From: Macrostomum lignano
Taxonomy: Eukaryota
Length of the DNA: 64,000 nucleotides
Reading direction: 5' to 3'
Assembly (NCBI GenBank): GCA_002269645.1
Contig: NIVC01000864.1
Location: 250,528 to 314,527 of the forward strand
The notes under the pieces are model-generated. The model searched no databases. It saw only the letters and a program-made list of their open reading frames with translations, and was not told the DNA's origin. The translations under genes and the position numbers were made by a program. Shown one piece after another: positions 59,569 to 64,000 of the stretch; position 1 is the stretch's first letter; each line of letters opens with the position of its first letter.

Positions 59569-62500
59569 TCACTGGATCAGCCACTGCTGTGCAGATACCG
59601 TGAGGACAGCCAGAGAGCAGACGGCTCCAGCACTGAGCCACGCCAGATCCATCTTTAGTTGAGCCGACGATTTCGTCTGCGTCGAGTTTCGTGACGACGA
59701 CTTGGCCGTGGAATTGGTCTTGTTCGGGTCATTTGCCAAAGTTTGCGCCACGGTCCGGTGGACGTGCGAAGTCAATTGTTTGGTGGTCTGCGTATGATGT
59801 ACAATATGTACATTGCGTATGGGCATACTGAACTTATGGTTTGTCACGCTGGTCAATGTTCTGGCCATAGTGGAAGGGAGTAGGCCTAATCGCTTTTCGT
59901 CTTCAGCGGCCAAGGGCTTCTCATCTTGAATGTACAATCTATCGATAGACACACTGGACACGTTTGCAGCGGATATGGCAATCACTTTTATAAACATCGG
60001 AGGTTCATTGAGAGCCATATACTGATTGTAGATGTTCAACGAAGATTGGTTGGTGACAGCCAGTTCCGGACAGGAGTAATATCCGTTTACAGCGGTGCAG
60101 TTTCCACCTGTTTCTCTGTAGCGAAGACTGTAGACAGGCACATCTGTTGGAGTCAATTCGGATGAACATGAGCGTTAAAAAGAGTGAAATGTGCATGACA
60201 GCTGTGCAACAAATACTCGTATTTGGGGCACTGTTTGCTCTTTGAACCAGATGCCAAAATGTGTTTTGGTTTTATGAAAAAATATTTTTCAATAAAATTC
60301 ACATTTCAGCTTGTACTTTAGCAGAGCTGCTTCAAGCGTTACACCTACCTGCTTTAGGCGGGAGTAGACCAGACGGATCTTTAACTGGATTCCATTTGAT
60401 CTCAATTATTTTACTCGCATAATCTTTTCTGCTTATATAGATCGCCATGCTTGGCTTAGGAACAATACGACGTCTGTCAAAGTTGGGGTCTTCCGCCTGA
60501 ACAGTCAAGGTGCCGCCAGACAATTGCATTTGGAACGGGAACGTGATAAACACATCGACAGCGTATTGACGAGCTTTCTGTACTGCATAGAGTGGTACCA
60601 TGGCACTGTATGCTCCTCTATCTGTACAAATGAAGTATGAGCAATATGCCTTTTAAATCGCTGTTTAACAACAATAGTTTTTGTAAAGCTGCTACTGAAT
60701 TTTTAGTCTTCACTTACTGTAATATTGTTCAGATAGATTAAATCGAGCCACTTCCTTGTTGCTTGCTGTGACAACTGCGTATATCTGATACTTGTGTTGA
60801 ATCTGAGATCTTGGTAACAGGTTCACGAAGACACCGATTCGAGTATCATACTTGACCATTGTCACATTATTTGGCTTCACCCTACACGTAGTATCTCTGG
60901 GCAGTAAGGCAAATTGTCTTCCTGTGATAACTATAGTCATTGTTGAGGCCGCCTGTCTGCGAATCCGGCGTGCGAGACCGACTGCGAGATTCGTTAGCGT
61001 CCACTTTCCGCTCTGTTGGAGTGGCGGGTTACTATTGTTTGGGAATCCTTAAAGTTGACGGTTCTTAGTACTCGTAATTAACTGCCTAAACTATACCCCC
61101 CATTTCGAATTTTTTGCTCCTGAAAGAGCATATTTAGAATTTAGTAACACACTGTTACAGTAGCTGTTAAAATATTGGCTTTTTGCTTTGGCACGTAAAT
61201 TGGCTCAACTGACCTCTACCTCTGCGTCAGGAATTTGCATTGTCACGGATCCGACTGCAACATCAACTGTACAAACGGCACTGCTGCCTCCAGAGCAATT
61301 GAAAGTCCTACCGCTCGGCGACCGAAACATGAGGCGCAGAGAGCCAACCTTGGCGGGATCGCTTGGCAGAAACAGCGAGAAGACGAGGTTGCTGCGAGTA
61401 CTGACGTCGAATTCCACCGGATACCGCAGGTCAGAGGGAACTTGCCTCGAATCCAGCTGTGGGAACAAGGAACAGTTCGTACGGAGTCAAACTAAGATGG
61501 AAGACAATCGGAATGCAACCAGTGCACTACCTAAGCGCATTTGATTTATTTAGTAACTTAACTAGACACAACACTAAAAATAGTTTGTCGCTTAAGTAGG
61601 TTATGTGACTGATTTCAGAAGAATCCCGTTGAGCATATTTTCATAATGCTGCAGGATCTCATTGGAGCTCTAATCTCACCCATTTCTCCCCTATCTCTAT
61701 ATCATCTCTCCTCCATCTCTCCCTCGCGTATTTTCCATCTTTTGCATCCTCTCTCCTTTATTTTACTTATCAATTTAAAATTTAAACTTTCATTTTTAAT
61801 TTCGACCGATACTTGGTAAGCAAAATAAAGGTAGATCAAAATGAGAGCTAAAGCTCAAAGAGGGTCCTGATATCTTAGCCTGATATAATAGCTGGCTTTC
61901 AGAGTTTTTACGTTACGTTAAAACATCATTTACGTTGGGATAATAACAATAGCGACTGTAAAAAGTGAAAGGCTGCTTATTGCTAGTGTTAAGAAGACAC
62001 TTTATTTGCTTCAATAATTAAGTAACATAATGCATTACTACGTTTTGGCTTTCACGGCCCCCTGAGAATTTTATCCCACGGTCAACAGCAGACTTAAACC
62101 CTTACTCAGACAAAAAGAATTTGGCTGTTGTCGATGAATACAATAATAGATGGTGAAAGAAGCGAAAAGTAATAAATTTTTGTCGAGCAAGCTTCACAAT
62201 AGAATTCACCCCAACTCACGACGACGGTCTTGTTCACGCCAGCGAGACCAGACTGTAGTGAGGTGAACTCCAGTATTAGTTTGGACGCTGCAAGCTTGCT
62301 GTCGACCGGACTATATAGCTTGCGACCGTCCGTGACGTCGGCAAGAAGCGACATCCGCATGTCCGCACTGTCACCGAACCGAATGGTGTCGACTCTGAGG
62401 CTCGTTTTCGATATCGCATCGATGGTAGAGTTCAGCTTGCTGCTGCAGCCTTCCTGACCATCTGAGACCAAAAGTATCTGACCACTCGATCGATGAGTTG

Positions 62501-63624
62501 GACTTGTTACGTTCTCACCTAGCAGCTGGGTGATTTGATTGAGAAGTAGGGGATTCAGTCAGTGGTACCTGACCTGGACTATGGCTTGACTAAGAATCTG
62601 ACTGTGCGTAAATCTGTTAAATGACCAAATCACTGACCTTCATAGCCTCTTGAACAGCTCCACCGATGCAGGTGCTTCCTCCGGCAGTCAGTTTCGAGAC
62701 GGATTGCATCAGCTGACGTCGAACAGCCGGTGAGTCAACCAGGATGAAATTTTGCAGCACAGTGGGTCCGCTAGTAAAGCTGATCAGGGCGCACTCTGAC
62801 CCGGTCTTCAGAGTGAAGGCAATGTAATTGTTCACTGCATTAATCAAATTTTGCATTCGGTTGTCCTGAATGGGTCCAAAATGAGTTAGAATGAGTTATT
62901 GGTGGATAGTAATCTTTGTGTACTTTTGAAATTGACTTTTTAATTGAATAAATATAGTCACCTCTTTTGAGCATGTCATTATGAAAAAACTCTTCCACTT
63001 GATCCCAAAAATTTGAAAAGGTTACAAAGTTACAAAGAGCAGAGCATGGAAAGGAAGTGATGCAACTGAGACAAACCAAGCGGCTTCTCACCGAACGCAT
63101 GCTACTCGATGTATCCATGACGATCACAACACGGTCTCTTTTGGGTTCAACCACTAGACGAAAGTTGAACTTTGAGTTCACTATAGTAGCAGAGCTGATA
63201 GGCCGTAGAAAATCCTCGTGGTCTCTGATGACCTCCGCAGCGCTGCGTGCATTGCAAAATTTGTTGAGTAAGTTGTCGGCATCCTTGTTGTGCCTGTGCC
63301 TGGGGTCGGAGACCTTAAAGTCCGCATCGCAGAAGCGGGTCACTCCGGCGCTGTAGGGCTCGAACAGGAACGAGGCAACGTTGGAGTACGCAGGCTCGGT
63401 CACCACGATTTTGCAGTTGGGTTCGCCGAATTTGCAGCTGCGTCCGGTTTGATTGCCGCTGGCCACTTCCAGCTTCACCTGCAGGTCCGGGTTGCAGGAA
63501 GAGAGCCTGGGAAGAACTCTGTTATACGAATCCTTGCTCTTCTGTATCGGGTTACTCAATGGGTCTTCGCTGAACAGGCCCCAGCGGAACTGCGAAAAGT
63601 ACAGAGCCATAGTCCTGGCCACCG
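59569..63624 (-). CDS. CLCA: CLCA-like copy E (CLCA domain, vWA, beta-rich/FN3-like region, S/T stalk, hydrophobic tail); 5' exons beyond the window
   Basis: RWGLFSE, HN.DADNLLN.FC..RS, VMDTSSSM (MIDAS), GGSTCIG and VSDG motifs. The seven visible exons are phase-compatible and lack stops. Confidence 0.88.
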
Positions 63625-63811
63625 CTGTGGGATGTGCGGATCAGGGTGGAGCCGTGGCAGCAATGGGGAAAAGCGTGGCTTGTTAAAGTTGAGGGACTTT
63701 TTTAACTCAATCAAGTTTCTTAATTGTTTTGTCTCGACATGAAAATATTTGAAGAAAAAAATGTTAGCTGGCTCATACTTTTCCGCTTCAGTTCTTTTAT
63801 TCATGGCCGAC

Positions 63812-64000
63812 CGACCAGCCTGTCGATCTGGTGCTGGGCGCCTTCAACGGACGAGGACAGGAGGGCGAGGTCGTCGGCGTAGCCAAGCACGCTTAGGCGC
63901 TTTTCGTCGTGGCGTCTGCGCAGCAGGAAGCCGTCATTAGCCGAGGTGAGTGCGGTCTAAAGCACCAGTTCAGCAGCAGCAGCGAAGAGGAACGGCGCTA
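63812..64000 (-). mobile_element. Second copy of the RTE element, in a CLCA-E intron
   Basis: Close match to 5635-5830 (LGYADDLALL region). Confidence 0.85.

Overview
Repeat-dense metazoan (invertebrate) genomic DNA with GT-AG introns; a flatworm such as Macrostomum is only a guess from the style of the sequence. The host content is a rearranged cluster of five CLCA-like gene copies. Copy A is 5'-only, B is split by a Maverick, C is a 3' half fused behind a MACPF toxin pseudogene, D is an apparently intact internally deleted mini-gene, and E is the most complete. Both copies that retain the protease exon (A and E) have lost the HExxH zinc motif. There is also an orphan discoidin/F-type-lectin exon. 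Transposons fill the rest. A full-length 14.4-kb Maverick/Polinton (3455-17865, AGTAGT ends, ACAGGC TSD) carries nested RTE and Crypton-like insertions. An EnSpm/CACTA element sits inside a MITE, and there are Gypsy, mariner, P/THAP, Helitron, DIRS-like and LINE remnants plus several satellites. The most unusual candidates are a Gypsy pol followed by an extra ORF with a J-domain and a LEDGF-IBD/TFIIS-N-like tail, the in-frame mini-CLCA, and the MACPF/CLCA chimera. All family assignments were made by eye from motifs; no database search was run.
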